64,000 bases of DNA from Thermoplasmatota archaeon (GTDB lineage: Archaea > Thermoplasmatota > Thermoplasmata > RBG-16-68-12 > JAGMCJ01): positions 2,930 through 66,929 of the forward strand of contig JAJISE010000005.1 of NCBI GenBank assembly GCA_022848865.1, given 5' to 3'. The translations under genes were made by a program, and so were the position numbers. The notes beneath the pieces are model-generated. The model was not told the origin of the DNA. It did not search any database and saw nothing but the letters and a program-made list of their open reading frames with translations. Of this stretch, positions 19,601 to 27,766 are shown in pieces (the stretch's first letter is position 1; every line of letters begins with the position of its first letter).

Positions 19601-20189
19601 CTACAACCACTACAACATGGGGCACCTGAACTGGATGAACATCTTCTACTACGTGGAGGCGAACTACAGCGCTGGACTTCCGGCCAGGACCGAGGACCAG
19701 GCGGCCAAGTTCACAAGATGGACGCCACCGGGCAACGTGCTTCTTTCCTTCCCGCTCAAGATGGTCAACGAGACCATAGAGTACGCGCTGCAGACGGTCA
19801 GCTGGGACATGGCGAGGTTCTACGATCCGTGGACGGAGGAGTGGAGGGAGAACCACATCTGGAAGAGCTGGAACGACCTTCTGACGGTGAACCAGTCCAT
19901 GGCGATCTGGGTCAATGTGACTTCGGCCGAGCCTGTGACGAGCGCGGGGGTCGTGCCCAAGAGCGCGGAGATCTTCCTGAAGGAAGGGTGGAACCTGGTC
20001 GGGTTCCCGCACCTGTACTGGGACTACACAGCTGGCGATCTGATGGCGCAGACCGGGGCCGAGAAGGCGGAGAGCTTCAACGCCGTCGCACCGCCGTACT
20101 ACCTGTACCGCCTCACTGGACCGATGTACATGGCCCCGGGCGAAGGATACTGGATAAAGGTCCCCGCCGACACCATGTGGATGCTGTAG
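16656..20189 (+). CDS. Secreted subtilisin-like serine protease (peptidase S8), 1177 aa. It is a paralog of the upstream gene with the same domain order but lacks the 520-aa insert.
   Basis: Sec-type signal MTSRSVIAVMLSLAFILTIGPVDLA. DTGIDFDH, HGTMVTGT and GTSYSAPDH catalytic motifs. Fn3-like domain. C-terminal module homologous to protease 1 (GWNLVGFP...APGEGYW). Own TATA (catatagg) about 26 nt upstream. Confidence 0.85.
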   Translation: MTSRSVIAVMLSLAFILTIGPVDLASTKGEVYDARVGDPHYLGIYGFAFDTRNGEPLIPAALRVTDYPTGGDGYYIVQFSGPVTEEYKESLTRAGGEIVNYVPSNAFLVRMAPGLRTNLEKVQAVQWTGVFQPAYKIVPELTFEAGIVEAQIITFNPDGVNAVLELLPERRVIYTYEGKDFGRVDARVTYEQVVEIARLADVNFIQPREVPEVQNRRMQWIMQTNVQNDRRIWDMGISGEGQLVGFSDTGIDFDHNFFRENATTIQKGDIYNVTDTTRRKLVRYWVHGGANQEWAWKDSPNRWDPGAGWATIGHGTMVTGTFGGNDDSIGSSTNDGGAKGAKVFFQDIGDVQQWGGYWRDALAWVPSDYDNLFGPAYNAGARVHSGSWGSSTTAYTQGAQMLDEFMWNNPDMLIIFSNGNGGGGWYDVVSPATAKNVLSSGSSATSPNQNSVADYSSPGPTSDGRRKPTVIAVGEGTSSMSTGNPRDDTNTAWEAGWGGTSYSAPDHASLAAMTRQYFMEGWWPTGTKNPADGFEPSAALVKGVLAASAQQMTGSYTDRENENTWPNNAQGWGRVLLDDALCFAGDTRRMEIVDDTSSLSTGESRIESYYVLDSAEPLRVMLTWTDYPGVAWTTPNIVNDLDLLVTDPLGTTYKGNVMGTFAQGESQPDTGSYDRLNVQEGVHIKSPMVGAWTIEVIGYNVPSGPQPYALVALGDLGTGWGQVYLDRSVYGDSDTIGITVRDTGPTAVNVTIWSTTEPTPETVSLNESAPGSGRWTGTINTTTGAPTTDGELQVSEGDLVTVQYDDMNPIHTSTDTATIDASAPLIFNLMVTNITSTTANVIWRTNEPADSRVYYNTSDPLDAEEYMSGYRIQHDVLLTGLQPETTYMFDVESSDPYDHTTTDTNGGLHYNFTTLKLSPEPPTNLRAWLFGPNYIHVHIEWDLSADDATMIDHYTVYFNTGAYDPDGTGYQFLATVLQGFNFYNHYNMGHLNWMNIFYYVEANYSAGLPARTEDQAAKFTRWTPPGNVLLSFPLKMVNETIEYALQTVSWDMARFYDPWTEEWRENHIWKSWNDLLTVNQSMAIWVNVTSAEPVTSAGVVPKSAEIFLKEGWNLVGFPHLYWDYTAGDLMAQTGAEKAESFNAVAPPYYLYRLTGPMYMAPGEGYWIKVPADTMWML

Positions 20190-20216
20190 GCTGCTTTTCT
20201 TGAGCTTCCGCGACCC

Positions 20217-22055
20217 TCAGAGGACGCCAAAGAAGTACGAAGCGCACAGGAACGAGAGCGAGTACAGTGGTATCGACACGATGAGCCCCTTCCCGATTCT
20301 TGAGAGAGTCGTGGTGATGTCGCCTCCCTGAAGGCCTTCCGTGAAGTAGCTCGCCACCGCCAGGTTGCAACACAGGAGAGCTCCCAGGATCAGCACGAGA
20401 GCGGACGGTGTCATCCCTCCGGAGCCCGAGAAGTGAGCTTCCATGAGCAGGGACATCGAGGCCGTGACCCCGAGCACCAGGGGCGAGAAGAACGTGAGGG
20501 TGCTGTTCACCGTCTGGACTATCGGGCTCATCTCGTCCCTTGCATCTGCCTCGATCCTCGAGGTGTCCCTGAGGTCGGATGCGATCAGCTTGGCCACCGT
20601 TCCCGCCAGAATCCCGTCCTTCTGCGTGATGTCCACGACCGCCTTGAGATTCGATCCCAGAATGGGTTCATCCCGAATCACGCTTTCGCATGTCAGCGTC
20701 TCCCCGGCCGTGGTCGTGCCCCTCGACATGAGGAAGATGTCCCTGGTGATCCTCCCCGCCAGTTCCGTCCCTTCCATCCGTTCCGCGGTCTTCAGAAGCG
20801 CCTCCTCCAGGGGCTTTTCCGCCAGAAGGAAGTCGCCAAGAGACTCGAGCCCCTCCGAGACATCCTCGCGGGATACTTGCGGCATCGTGCCTTTCATCAT
20901 CCTGCCCGTGAAGAGCATTGCGAGAGCTATCATCGAGGATGCGGACACAAGAACCACGAGGGACGAGACCGGCGTGGGCTCGAGAAGCCAGGCAGTCGCC
21001 ACACCCAGGACGATCGTGATGGATGCGGCAGCAAGGAGGGCGGACATACCACGGAGGCCGAGCTGGAGACGGCCAGGGGAGGAGAACGGCCGCCTGGACA
21101 GAACCTCCCTGCAGTACAGGAGCATGCCCAATGGGAAGACTATGTCGAGAATCACTGCAATCGCGGCGGGGCTGAGAGCGCTTTCCCCGCTCATTCCTTC
21201 GCCAGCAATGCCCACGGGAGCCGCGACGGTGAGCGAGGACATGGGCAGCAGCGAGGCGATCATGACGGGAAGCACGATACCCAGAGCGAAGACAACGTTT
21301 ATCGGCGCTTTGAGGGATGCGAGATATCCTTTGAGCTTCCTTCTCGTGTGCAGGTGGACAGGGGACATCAGGGAGCCGAGGTTGTCCCTGCGGCCCAGTC
21401 TCACGGCATCCGAGAACCGCCGTAGAGCCTCCTCGAGACCATCGTTTCTTCCCCTCCATTTCCGCACGTACTCGCCGAAATCCTCTGGGAGACTTCTTCC
21501 CTTCATGTGAACGTTCCAGATCATCCGCTGGAAGCCACCCTTCAGCATCCCCCTGGAGTTCTTCGCGGAGGAAAGGACCGCGTTCTCATAGGTCAGCGCC
21601 CCTCCCGCGCCGCCGATCAGATAGCTCATCACCTCTGGAGCCTCCCTGAGGGACGATTTCTCGATCCTCGCGGCGAGCGTTGCCGGATACGACAGGAACG
21701 TTCTCTGGAGAAGCAATGGGAGGATGAGAGCGAGAACGATGTAGATGGAGTGCGGGTGAAGCACCGCGAGGACCGGGACCGCCAGAAGAGAGCAGAGGAG
21801 GACCAGTCGTCCACCGGAGACCACCTCTCCAGGCCTCAGCCCTAGCCCCACGAAGGCGATGTCGTCCTCGATCGATCTCATGTCATAATCCAGCATCGAC
21901 TTCAGCTTCGAAAGGGCCGGGACAAGCCGCTTCTTGGCGCCTGACCGAGCCGTCCGGGCCGGGGCCGGGCTTGGCTTCGTCCTGCACCGCAGAGGTCCGA
22001 GCGTGCGGTGTGCAAGCCTGCAGAGCCTCGTGAATGCTACCCCGGGCCTAGACAT
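20217..22055 (-). CDS. Type IV pilus / archaellum assembly platform protein (TadC/FlaJ/GspF-like polytopic membrane protein)
   Basis: 612 aa. Two internally repeated halves, each with a cytoplasmic helical domain and TM helices. 8-nt overlap with the upstream ATPase gene. Confidence 0.75.
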   Translation of the reverse strand: MSRPGVAFTRLCRLAHRTLGPLRCRTKPSPAPARTARSGAKKRLVPALSKLKSMLDYDMRSIEDDIAFVGLGLRPGEVVSGGRLVLLCSLLAVPVLAVLHPHSIYIVLALILPLLLQRTFLSYPATLAARIEKSSLREAPEVMSYLIGGAGGALTYENAVLSSAKNSRGMLKGGFQRMIWNVHMKGRSLPEDFGEYVRKWRGRNDGLEEALRRFSDAVRLGRRDNLGSLMSPVHLHTRRKLKGYLASLKAPINVVFALGIVLPVMIASLLPMSSLTVAAPVGIAGEGMSGESALSPAAIAVILDIVFPLGMLLYCREVLSRRPFSSPGRLQLGLRGMSALLAAASITIVLGVATAWLLEPTPVSSLVVLVSASSMIALAMLFTGRMMKGTMPQVSREDVSEGLESLGDFLLAEKPLEEALLKTAERMEGTELAGRITRDIFLMSRGTTTAGETLTCESVIRDEPILGSNLKAVVDITQKDGILAGTVAKLIASDLRDTSRIEADARDEMSPIVQTVNSTLTFFSPLVLGVTASMSLLMEAHFSGSGGMTPSALVLILGALLCCNLAVASYFTEGLQGGDITTTLSRIGKGLIVSIPLYSLSFLCASYFFGVL

Positions 22056-23817
22056 ACACGGCCCTCACATCCATCCATTCCTTCCACTGCGCAACCAGGT
22101 CGCTGCCGGAGTAGCCCTCCTCGATGAGGGATGAGAAGACCGAGTTCGCCAGTGAGACGAGCTTCGCGGAGAGCAGCTTCGTCCCCAGCCTGCGGGCGAG
22201 CTCGACGACGTGGAGCTTACACTCAGCCCTAGCGTGGATGTTAGCAAGAGCTTCACCGTAGCTCATCCCCCAGGAGTTCGCAATCTCTCGAATCTTGTTG
22301 GAACCTTGAAGGAAGACATCGGTCTCGACAAGAGAGTCCTGCGAGATGCTGAACCTCATCAGGGGGAGGAACCTGCCATCATAGGATTCCTTGCAGAGCT
22401 CGGAGATCTCGATCACCCTGCGTCTGGAGTTCTGCGTTCCCCTCGGCCGGAACAGTCCCGCGACGATGACGATATCAGTGGCCGAGAAGGACTGCGGAGG
22501 AATGCCCAGGTCGTGGACAACTCGCTCGAACACGCTCCTGGATGAGCTTCCGTGGATCGTTCCGAGGACTGCCGAGCCCGCGGTTCCCACCCGCATCGCC
22601 TCGTAGAGCGTCTTGGCTTCCTCCCCCCTGACCTCCCCGAGGACCAGGGCCGATTCGCCCAAGCGGAGAGAGACCCTTAGCGCCTTCTCCGCTGTCATCC
22701 GGTTCGACGACTGCCCGGAACCGACATACAGGCCCTGGATCTTGTACCCGAGGCGGCGGAGCTCCGCGCACGGGAGCTCCAGTGTGTCCTCGATCGTGAG
22801 AACGCGCTGGCTGGTCGGGAACTCGAACATCATCGCTCCCAAGAGGGAGGACTTCCCCGCCCCGCGACTGCCCGTGACGAGTATCGTGGCATTCCCGTCG
22901 ATGAGGAACGAGATGAGACCGGCGGCTAGCGGCGTCAGACTCCTGTGATAGACCAACTTCGTGAGCGTCCAGGGGTCCGTGGAGTGCCTGCGAACGGCGA
23001 GGGCTATCCCGTCTGGGCTGAGCGGTGGTGCGACGGCCGTCAACCTGGCGTTCATGTCACCGAGGTCCGTCTCAAGGATCGGGCTCCTCTCCGAGAACGG
23101 CTTCCCGCTCATGATGAGGAGCTTGGAGATGATGTTACGCAGGCCCGTTTCGCACATGAGGATGTTCGACCTGCATCTCTGATGCGATCTTCCTCCCCCG
23201 GCGTCGGCAACCGTGAGATGGAGCGGCACCTTTTCGCAGGGTGCGTCGAGAAAGATGTCCTGAACGTTGGAATCGGCAAGGAGGATCTCGAGGATTCCCA
23301 GCCCGGCGGTGTTCCTCTCCAGAAGGACCGCCAGAAAGCGAGACCGACGCAATCGCTCGGCCTTCCCCAGGGTTCTGGGCAGATGGAGCGCGATCAGGTG
23401 TTCCGCCCGATTCCTGATGTAGCGTCTCACCTGGGCGGCGTTGCCGAGATCGAGATTCGAGGGCAGGACGGACCAGATCTCATCCACGACGTTCCAGAGG
23501 ATCGAGAGCTCATCCTCGGGTACTTCGAATGAGGGCGGAGAGAGCCAGTAGAGGAAATCGGGGGAATTCTCCAGACGGAAGATCTGGATGCGAGACTCTT
23601 CGACGGCATAGCTGCTGGTCACCTCGAGATGCTCAGGAGGGTCGCCGAGGACCCAGAAGGAGACGAAGAAGGGCTTCCACTTCTGGTCCCTGGCAAGGAG
23701 CCGGCCGATTGACCGTTGGATGGCACTTGTGTCTATCCTTCTGATCCTGAGAGCCGCGTGGGCGTAGGGGTCTCGCAGCGCGGTGGAGGTTCTCGAAGTC
23801 CTTTCGGCCGAGGTCAC
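22048..23817 (-). CDS. Type IV filament assembly ATPase (FlaI/TadA/GspE/VirB11 superfamily)
   Basis: Walker A VTGSRGAGKSSLLGAM. GEVRGEEA box typical of FlaI/TadA. 589 aa with an N-terminal domain. Confidence 0.85.
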   Translation of the reverse strand: MTSAERTSRTSTALRDPYAHAALRIRRIDTSAIQRSIGRLLARDQKWKPFFVSFWVLGDPPEHLEVTSSYAVEESRIQIFRLENSPDFLYWLSPPSFEVPEDELSILWNVVDEIWSVLPSNLDLGNAAQVRRYIRNRAEHLIALHLPRTLGKAERLRRSRFLAVLLERNTAGLGILEILLADSNVQDIFLDAPCEKVPLHLTVADAGGGRSHQRCRSNILMCETGLRNIISKLLIMSGKPFSERSPILETDLGDMNARLTAVAPPLSPDGIALAVRRHSTDPWTLTKLVYHRSLTPLAAGLISFLIDGNATILVTGSRGAGKSSLLGAMMFEFPTSQRVLTIEDTLELPCAELRRLGYKIQGLYVGSGQSSNRMTAEKALRVSLRLGESALVLGEVRGEEAKTLYEAMRVGTAGSAVLGTIHGSSSRSVFERVVHDLGIPPQSFSATDIVIVAGLFRPRGTQNSRRRVIEISELCKESYDGRFLPLMRFSISQDSLVETDVFLQGSNKIREIANSWGMSYGEALANIHARAECKLHVVELARRLGTKLLSAKLVSLANSVFSSLIEEGYSGSDLVAQWKEWMDVRAVYV

Positions 23818-24173
23818 CCCTCCACGATTCCAAGGCCTACCCTGAGAGCGAACCGTCTGAGGAGCATCGCCTCGTCAAGGATGATGAGGGCATCCGTCTT
23901 CGTCTGGAAAAGGCACAATTCGCACCTGGGTCCGCCATCCTCCTTAGCGATCTCAAGCATCTTCCTCAGCGTCGAGAAGAAATCGGTGAGCCCGCTAAGG
24001 AACGCGGCCTCCAATTCGACAAACAGCCTCCTCGGGTCCAGCTGACATCCGCGGCATTGCTTCAACTCCTTCTTCGGCCGGCAGCGCTGGTTCAGCTCCG
24101 CCCTGATCGCTGAGAGGGCGTCCAACAGGCTCCTCATCCTGGACAGGAGCTCCACGCTCAGCGTCGTGTACAT
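23814..24173 (-). CDS. Small zinc-ribbon protein, hypothetical. This is the conservative trimming of a 345-aa track ORF.
   Basis: CRPKKELKQCRGC ... CELC (Cx9CxxC ... CxxC). 4-nt overlap with the ATPase start. A longer version would run through the pilin promoter and gene on the opposite strand. Confidence 0.3.
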   Translation of the reverse strand: MYTTLSVELLSRMRSLLDALSAIRAELNQRCRPKKELKQCRGCQLDPRRLFVELEAAFLSGLTDFFSTLRKMLEIAKEDGGPRCELCLFQTKTDALIILDEAMLLRRFALRVGLGIVEG

Positions 24174-24335
24174 CTTCACAATGGTTCCGGAGAGAACCAC
24201 TCTCTCGATCCTCAGCCTGGAGTCGAAGGCCAATAACGAACCTGTGAAGCACCTCTGCTTCCTCAGATCGGGCCGGGCGTCGCATCCCGTGCAGTCGATC
24301 TCGAGAAGGTTCCTCTCTTTTGAATACTCCGCCCT

Positions 24336-24373
24336 GCATATGTCCAGGCCGACATCCCTCCGAACGCATATGC
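24336..24373 (+). promoter_or_regulatory. Two copies of the palindrome GCATATG(C), 30 nt apart, upstream of the pilin-like gene. Candidate regulator binding sites.
   Basis: ctGCATATGtcc at 24336-42 and cGCATATGCaac at 24366-73. They are followed by a TATA-like gatattta at 24407-14, then the ATG at 24438. Confidence 0.35.
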
Positions 24374-24437
24374 AACTTCCGTGAGGGTTAAAAACCTTCT
24401 TGGCAAGATATTTACCCAGTCCCCCGTTAGTAATAGC

Positions 24438-24887
24438 ATGTGGAGGGACGAGAGAGCAATTTCGCACATTCTGGAGGAGCTCGTGGCACTGGTGGTAATC
24501 CTCACGGCGCTGGGCCTGCTCCTGGTGAGCCTGCAGGGGAGATACGTGAACGAGATCGACACGCTGAAGGCACTGGAAATGAAGGAGGATGCAAGGGGTC
24601 TCCTTGAGAAGATCGTTTCCCACCCTCGGCTGACCAAGGACGGGGAATACCTCCTGCTGGACCAATGCTCTCTGATCAACGTGTCCGTTGAGCGGTTGGG
24701 AGAGATCCTCCAGACGCCGTACGAGTTCCGATTGGCGATATATGACGTGACGAACTCGACGGGCAGGTCCTTCCAGACTTCCGCGCCGTTCGGGAATGTC
24801 ATCGGATCGACGACTAGCTGCAACGTCTGGATCCGACAGGGGGAGGTCCACGCCGCTCGGGTGTCGATCCTCATTTGGAGAGGGTGA
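24438..24887 (+). CDS. Putative type IV pilin-like protein (class III signal-peptide-like N-terminus)
   Basis: MWRDERA|ISHILEELVALVVILTALGLLLV. The short polar N-region ends in R-A, followed by a hydrophobic helix of about 22 aa with acidic residues at +5/+6. TATA about 28 nt upstream. Confidence 0.45.
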   Translation: MWRDERAISHILEELVALVVILTALGLLLVSLQGRYVNEIDTLKALEMKEDARGLLEKIVSHPRLTKDGEYLLLDQCSLINVSVERLGEILQTPYEFRLAIYDVTNSTGRSFQTSAPFGNVIGSTTSCNVWIRQGEVHAARVSILIWRG

Positions 24888-24888
24888 G

Positions 24889-25407
24889 ATGAACAGTACG
24901 GGTCAGCTGGCCGTCACGGATGCGCTTATCTTCCTGCTGATCGCGAGCCTGATCGTGTCCTTCTCGCTGATGGGCATGTCCGGGCATCTGGAGATCTCGG
25001 AAATCCACTCCGCGGCGGACATGAAGGACTACGCGGAGGACACGTTCATCGTCCTGATGCGCAGCACGCTAGACCTGGAACGTTGCGGGGCGAACCACAC
25101 GCAGGCGGTCGACAGATACATCCTGCTCAGGACCAGCTCGCAAGACAGTGGGGAGTCGACGGAGCCACTGATTGAATGCAATCTGCTCGTGCACGAACTC
25201 GCGAGGAATCTGATACTGGAAAGGTACTGCTTCCTCCTCTCTTCCAGCTACATCAACGAATCCTCGGGAGGGCTCACGAAGATCGTGTTCGCCCCGGAAG
25301 AGAGTGACCCGCCGAGCGAGCACTTCCGGCTGAGCTGGGCCTACCCGATGATTGGTTTCGGGAAGTCAGGCGAAGCTATCGTCAGTCTTGATCTCTGGCG
25401 AAGGTAG
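24889..25407 (+). CDS. Putative type IV pilin-like protein, second of the tandem pair
   Basis: MNSTG|QLAVTDALIFLLIASLIVSFSL. The start is 1 nt after the stop of the previous gene (the track ORF is trimmed to this Met). Confidence 0.45.
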   Translation: MNSTGQLAVTDALIFLLIASLIVSFSLMGMSGHLEISEIHSAADMKDYAEDTFIVLMRSTLDLERCGANHTQAVDRYILLRTSSQDSGESTEPLIECNLLVHELARNLILERYCFLLSSSYINESSGGLTKIVFAPEESDPPSEHFRLSWAYPMIGFGKSGEAIVSLDLWRR

Positions 25408-25549
25408 CGGGGAAACCGGCAGGCCTCATGAACGATCCCGGGATCCAGATGGAACTCTGCATGATAGGCACGGGCGCCTTCGGTCGTTACGGGCGCACCT
25501 CGGCAACATTATTACTCCGGTATGCATGTGGTTCCTCAGAGGAGAAACC

Positions 25550-26509
25550 ATGCCAACAAGGGTAGGATTCCAATTTGGGGAAGGGTCGATGGGCAAGCGG
25601 CTATTCGGTAGGAAGGATGGAGGAGTGTCGATGGGCAAGCTCATCATCACTGGCTTGATTGTCGTAGTCTTCGTCTTCTTGCTCGTGGGAGGCTTTGTGA
25701 ACGTTCCCGCTGGTCACAAGGGCGTCATCGTGGCCGCGCCGGCAGGACCGGACGAGGTCGAGATAAGCGAGGGATGGCACTGGAACCCGTACTATGCCCT
25801 GTCCAGCATCGAGATCATCCGCTACAACACGCAGACCAGGGACATGAGCGCGTCACAGGGAAGCACGCTGACAGTGAGATCATCCGACAACCTGGACATA
25901 CGAATGGACGTCTCTCTCATCTGGAGGATGGAGCCCGACAAGGTCGCCGACGTCAGGATCGAGAGAGGTGACATTCTCGACCTCGTCGACAGGTACCTCA
26001 GGACCGTGCCCAGGAACGTGGCGAGCAACTACACGGGAGAGTACATCGGCGGAGAGGGAAGGATGGTCGTCGAGGAAGAGACGCGAGTGGTGATCAAGCA
26101 GGAGCTGGATGCATACGACGTGGTCGTGGAGGACTTCCTGATAAGATCGATAGACCTTCCCACGACGCTCGACGTGGCCATCGAGGAGAAGAAAGCGGCG
26201 GAGCAGAAGGTGATCACGGCAGAGTTCAACAGGAACGTCACCATCATAAACGCGGACGCGGAGAGGCTACAGGCCATTCTCGAGGCGGAAGGCATCAGGA
26301 ACGCGACGATAATAATGGCGAACGGAACCGCCGAGGCCGTGAGGATGGTCATGGAACAGCTGCAGATCTCGGACCCCAGTCTGGCCAATGTGACCGAGGC
26401 CTACCTTACGCTCCTCTACATCCAGGCGCTGACGAACCCGGACAGCAACATCCAGTACATCATAATCACGGACGGCGGGACCCCGATAATCATCCAGCCG
26501 CGGCCTTAG
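25550..26509 (+). CDS. SPFH/band-7 (stomatin/HflK/C-like) membrane protein
   Basis: N-terminal TM helix, then PAGHKGVIV... SPFH domain and a C-terminal coiled region. gaggag lies 5 nt before the ATG at 25550. Confidence 0.8.
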   Translation: MPTRVGFQFGEGSMGKRLFGRKDGGVSMGKLIITGLIVVVFVFLLVGGFVNVPAGHKGVIVAAPAGPDEVEISEGWHWNPYYALSSIEIIRYNTQTRDMSASQGSTLTVRSSDNLDIRMDVSLIWRMEPDKVADVRIERGDILDLVDRYLRTVPRNVASNYTGEYIGGEGRMVVEEETRVVIKQELDAYDVVVEDFLIRSIDLPTTLDVAIEEKKAAEQKVITAEFNRNVTIINADAERLQAILEAEGIRNATIIMANGTAEAVRMVMEQLQISDPSLANVTEAYLTLLYIQALTNPDSNIQYIIITDGGTPIIIQPRP

Positions 26510-26537
26510 GCGGGCACGGGCGGACCTGCGCAGAGCG

Positions 26538-27050
26538 CTACGTATACCAGTCCTCGCCTCCAACCTTGCTGCTTGAGGCTCTCCATAGGATGACGAGTTC
26601 GTAGTGGCTTCCTGGCTTGCACGTAATCGTGAAGAAATCACCGACGGACAGGCTATACCCACCGTCCACGTCGGTGAAGGACAGGGGAGGGGGCGTCCCT
26701 TCATCTAGCGGGGCGATTCTGTCCAACCAAGTGCCGTTCTCCAGGAGTATCGCCTCGAAGTCATCCAGAAGCTCAAAGGACGAGACCCCTGCAACGGCCA
26801 CGCTCCATTGATTACCGGCCGATAGTTCCGGGACGTCCAGTATTACGACTGGCTCATATGATCCGTCATAACCAATCAATCCGCTGACCATGACGTACAG
26901 GACGGCACTCATGACAACGGACGCGATGATGAAAACCGCCACGACCACAACGATGATTGTCAGGGCCGTCTTGTCATCACGCTTCTGGGGCACCCACGGT
27001 CCAGGGTAAGGGTAGGTCTGCAAGGCGCACAGAATCGTTCGTATCGACAT
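26538..27050 (-). CDS. Single-pass membrane protein with a beta-rich ectodomain of about 110 aa, paralog A. Candidate minor pilin or filament-associated protein.
   Basis: PQKRDDKTA-LTIIVVVVAVFIIASVVMSAVLYV TM segment. TATA (cttatatt) and GGAGG lie upstream of the ATG at 27050. Homologous to the next gene (F[TI]D.DG...D.F..TC....Y...L). Confidence 0.5.
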   Translation of the reverse strand: MSIRTILCALQTYPYPGPWVPQKRDDKTALTIIVVVVAVFIIASVVMSAVLYVMVSGLIGYDGSYEPVVILDVPELSAGNQWSVAVAGVSSFELLDDFEAILLENGTWLDRIAPLDEGTPPPLSFTDVDGGYSLSVGDFFTITCKPGSHYELVILWRASSSKVGGEDWYT

Positions 27051-27157
27051 CCCTCCGAACCTCCGTAGGGTCCACGCGAGTTGCAGAATATAAGTGTTTA
27101 CCTTCAGGCGCGTCCAGCATCTTCACAGGTGAAAGAAGCTCGGGCGGACGTCATGGC

Positions 27158-27628
27158 CTACGTCTGCCACTCCACGGAGTCCAGTATCTCCATGTCGGTC
27201 CGATGGACGAGCGTGAAGGAATAGCCGCTCTTGGATTCGCAGGTCAGCCTGAAGTAGTCATCGGACGACAGACGCCAATCTCCATCGTGGTCGATGAACG
27301 TGATTCCGGGAGATGAGCCGGTCAACGGCTCCAGCGTGATCGTGTAGGAGTCGTCTTCGTCCAGTGTCGCCACATAGTAGTACAGGCTCCGGGTTGGATT
27401 GGCCGACTCGACCATGACCTCCCAAACGTTGCCACCGATTGCCCTGGCCTTCGAGAGCCGCGTTTCGGAAACCTCGCCCGAGCCAGGCAACAGGATATAG
27501 AAGTAGAACATGGCCGCTGAGACCATGATAACGATGACAATGAGGATGCCGACGATCCCCGATGCGGACGCACGGGCTCCAGTCGAGTTAGGGACTCTAC
27601 GGCATGCTTGTCCGGTCAACCGCGTCAA
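27158..27628 (-). CDS. Single-pass membrane protein, paralog B. The start is uncertain: it is either the TTG at about 27628 or the ATG at 27526.
   Basis: GIVGILIVIVIMVSAAMFYFYILLPG TM segment. The C-terminal domain is homologous to paralog A. The N-terminal 95 aa of the track ORF look like noncoding GC-rich translation. Confidence 0.4.
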   Translation of the reverse strand: MTRLTGQACRRVPNSTGARASASGIVGILIVIVIMVSAAMFYFYILLPGSGEVSETRLSKARAIGGNVWEVMVESANPTRSLYYYVATLDEDDSYTITLEPLTGSSPGITFIDHDGDWRLSSDDYFRLTCESKSGYSFTLVHRTDMEILDSVEWQT

Positions 27629-27766
27629 TCGCAAAAGTATCCCTCTTAACTTCGATATGAGAGTCGACTTGTGGCAATATAACAGTTCTCTTCTAAATAT
27701 CACATTCACACACCTCCCGCTCGAAGCCTTATACGCTCCGCCCGCGTCGTCAGGTGCAGTGATAGC

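Noticed and set aside
20190-20216. Possible bidirectional terminator or regulatory hairpin in the convergent gap between protease 2 and the TadC-like gene
   Set aside because: Only 27 nt long. It has a short oligo-T (cttttctt) but no convincing stem. That is too little to call.}},{
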